DNA from: Halocafeteria seosinensis
Taxonomy: Eukaryota
DNA: 37,986 nucleotides
NCBI GenBank assembly: GCA_001687465.1
Contig: LVLI01000373.1
Location: 1 to 37,986, forward strand
Direction: 5' to 3'
In this document: positions 35,401 to 37,986 of the stretch, one piece after another
How the letters are laid out: the number at the start of each line of letters is the position of its first letter
Numbering within the stretch: the first letter of the stretch is position 1
Notes under the pieces: generated by a model
What the model was told of the DNA's origin: nothing
The model's database searches: none
Seen by the model: only the letters and a program-made list of their open reading frames with translations
Position numbers and translations under genes: made by a program

Positions 35401-37986
35401 TTTTTCCTAACTCGCTCGTGCGATGGCAGGTTTGCCGTTATGGTGAGGCAGCAGGAGTGCGGGGCATTACTCTGCACGACGGCTGTGCTTGTAAAGTACA
35501 AGGAAGACGTCGTGGCTCTGGACATTAAAGAAGATAGCCGCGTTGAGGTAGGAAGCCTGCCAGCCCCATTAGGTTCGGTGAGAGTTCATCGTATAGGCCC
35601 CAGTATTTCTGAGACCTCAGGATATCGTGTTCTCTTACCTGATGGTTCTCGAGTAGATGTCCGTCCAAGCTTCTCCGAGGAAGGACTTTCGCTCGATGTG
35701 GACGTATATGCTGGAGGTCGACACCAAACTAATGTGAATGGTCTATGTGGACTTTGGAATGGTATACAAAGCATTGATTTCATTGGAGTGAACGGACTCA
35801 ATTACGGATGCAATGATTCGTTTACCCGTTTTGGGATGTCCTGGGAAGCAACCAAGACCGCAAACCTGTTTGTCGATCCCACGGTAGAGCTTCGTCGGAA
35901 TGAAGCTTTGGGCTTTACTAATGGAGACTCGTGTTATATGACCGAAGAAACTGTTACTAGCGAATTAACTTGTGCACAGGGCACTGTTGTGAGCGATTCG
36001 CTGCTTCAGTATGAGGAAGTGTTGGACGACATCACGCCCACACTTGTTTCGGATCCCGGCATTCCAAGAATGGTGGGGGCACAGCACAGGATTGCAGTTG
36101 ATCCGATTTCGTTTTGCGCATTTGAATCCGCAGATGTGAATGTTAGCACAGCGAGAGAAGAGTGCGTCAATACTCTTAGCAACTGCAGCGACATGGGTGC
36201 CGTCGACGTTGGGTACCAAGTGGAGGTATGCGTCACAGAAGTCTGCCGGCACCAAAATCTGCACTACTCTTGCTATGTCCGTGAAGGACTTTTGGGGAGG
36301 AACCATGATGTTCGCTCTTTCCTCCTCGCTTCATCCTCAATGCCAGATGTGATCCCATCATGCGCTCCACCGTTCCCATCGCCCTCTCCATCTGCGTCTT
36401 CAACTGTTTCCAGCACTAGCTCCAGCGTTCCAACTCCATTTGAAACGTTGAGCGCCAGCGTGACACCTTCTGTGTCAAACATTGCGGCGCATACGTTTGT
36501 CTCAAAATCCCCTTCCGTAAGTATACCTTCACATTCGGTTGCATCCGCAACTTCTAGCACAAGCCGATCACCCTCCAATTTGCCCGGTCGTACTTCTACC
36601 CCAAACGTTTCAATATCGCCCTCACAATCTGGTGCGCCAACAGCGACTCCTTCCGGGTCTTCAAGTGTAAGCACCGCGCCCGAGCGATCCAGAACCGAGT
36701 CAGCCTCCGCTTCCCCCTCGTCCTCCGTGACGAAACCCGCGCCACAGTCGCCGTCCACAACGACATCCTCATCGCCCTCCTCCAGTAAGAGTGTTTCACA
36801 ATCCGCAACAGGGTCAGCAACGATAACTTCCTCGCCATCTACAACCCGAACCCCGTCGCAGTCACTGCCATCCTCTGCAACAACTACGCCTTCAGTTTCC
36901 GCAAGCGAAACGGCCTCTCTTTCCCCATCACCTTCAGAAACGGCTACTGCTTCTTCTTCTTCCACCTTTACACGTTCTCCATCGCACTCTCCGTCAACAA
37001 CCGAAAGCCCTCCCGGTACCCCCACTGAAACGGCTTCCCCATCTGGATCCCCCTCGCAGACAGCAACACCTTCCATTTCCACGAGTGTCAGCCCGTCGGC
37101 ATCTGAATCGCCTTCAAGTACAGGAACACCTTCGTTTTCCTCAAGTATAACAGCTTCTCCGTCTCTCACTCCTTCGGAGTCTCCAAGCCCCTCTACCTCC
37201 TCTAGTGTAAGCTCGTCTTCGTCCGAGTCGCCTTCAGAAACTACAACTCCATCTTCTTCTGGAAGTGAAACACCATCTTCCTCTCACTCTCCGTCGGAGA
37301 CTGTGACGCCCTCGTCGTCTGTAAGTGAGACACCGTCTGCATCTGAATCGCCTTCAGAAACACCAAGTCCGTCTTCCTCTGGAAGTGAAACACCATCTGC
37401 GTCTCACTCTCCGTCAGAGACTGTGACGCCCTCGTCCTCTGTAAGTGAGACACCGTCTGCATCTGAATCGCCATCAGGAACCCCAAGTCCGTCTTCCTCT
37501 GGAAGTGAAACACCATCTTCCTCTCACTCTCCGTCAGAGACTGTGACGCCCTCGTCGTCTGTAAGTGAGACACCAAGTCCGTCTTCCTCTGGAAGTGAAA
37601 CACCATCTTCCTCTCACTCTCCGTCGGAAACTGCAACGCCTTCGTCGTCTGTAAGTGATATACCGTCTGCATCTGAATCGCCTTCAGAAACACCAAGTCC
37701 TTCTTTCTCTGGAAGTGAAACACCATCTTCCTCTCACTCTCCGTCGACAACTGCAACGCCTTCGTCGTCTGTAAGTGAGACACCTTCTGCATCTGAATCG
37801 TCTTCAGAAACACCAAGTCCGTCTTCCTCTGGAAGTGAAACACCATCTTCCTCTCACTCTCCGTCGACAACTGCAACGCCCTCGTCGTCTGTTAGTGGGA
37901 CACCGTCTGTATCTGAATCGCCATCAGAAACACCGACTCGGTCTTCCTCTGGAAGTGAAACACCATCTTCTTCTCACTCTCCGTCG
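32456..37986 (+). CDS. Secreted mucin-like adhesion protein, 3'-partial (>=1767 aa): signal peptide, PA14, 2x LamG/concanavalin-like, TSP1, VWD, Cys-rich, Pro/Thr/Ser repeats; predicted join(32456..32667,32758..32908,32982..33065,33133..>37986)
   Basis: Signal peptide MLLWLPLVLITLSGAAEA. PA14 motif YARFEGML..YQFRLLSQDGARLFIDGVL|VVDNDGVH..GRHFIE|ILYF is restored over three introns. LamG motifs CDGRWHHIVVLW and RWHHVALVYD..LWHVDG..GQIHEVRLYDRAL. TSP1 DCVVGQWSSWTEC..RVRHRNV..C..C (34795-34917). VWD HCRLWNSIHFVTFD..YDFLGIGDF..GLCGLWNG..FGMSW (~35326-35850). Frame +1 is open from 33133 to the window end. Confidence 0.9.
37222..37986 (+). repeat. Coding PTS tandem repeat, 120 bp (40 aa) unit built of 30-bp subunits, >=6 copies, truncated by the window end
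   Basis: ggaagtgaaacaccatct at 37261, 37381, 37501, 37591, 37711, 37831 and 37951 (spacing 120 bp except one 90 bp). Confidence 0.96.

Noticed and set aside
36273..37876. Minus-strand ORFs 36273..37169 and 37241..37876
   Set aside because: Antisense shadows of the Ser/Pro/Thr-rich plus-strand exon.

Overview
This is eukaryotic, intron-containing genomic DNA, probably from a protist (inferred from short 65-135 bp GT-AG introns and dense gene packing; the taxon cannot be fixed from sequence alone). Splicing by hand gives six intact-looking genes. (1) An SPX-SulP/SLC26-STAS fusion transporter. (2) Immediately downstream, an SPX-ankyrin-GDPD (Gde1-type) glycerophosphodiesterase. Both SPX domains keep the inositol-polyphosphate-binding Tyr/Lys residues, so the pair looks like a small phosphate-sensing locus. 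(3) A giant, apparently intronless surface protein with GLUG-like repeats, a Ser/Thr stalk, Ig-like and Cys-rich regions and multiple TM helices. (4) An NHL-repeat/coiled-coil protein. (5) A shorter paralogue of the GLUG-like domain in (3). (6) A secreted mucin-like protein (PA14-LamG-LamG-TSP1-VWD-PTS) that runs off the window end and is mostly absent from the ORF track. There are also two decayed RNI-type LRR pseudogenes, several coding tandem repeats, a (CA)n microsatellite and a possible hAT-like transposon end. No rRNA, convincing tRNA or CRISPR array was seen. All domain calls come from motif recognition by eye, not database searches.
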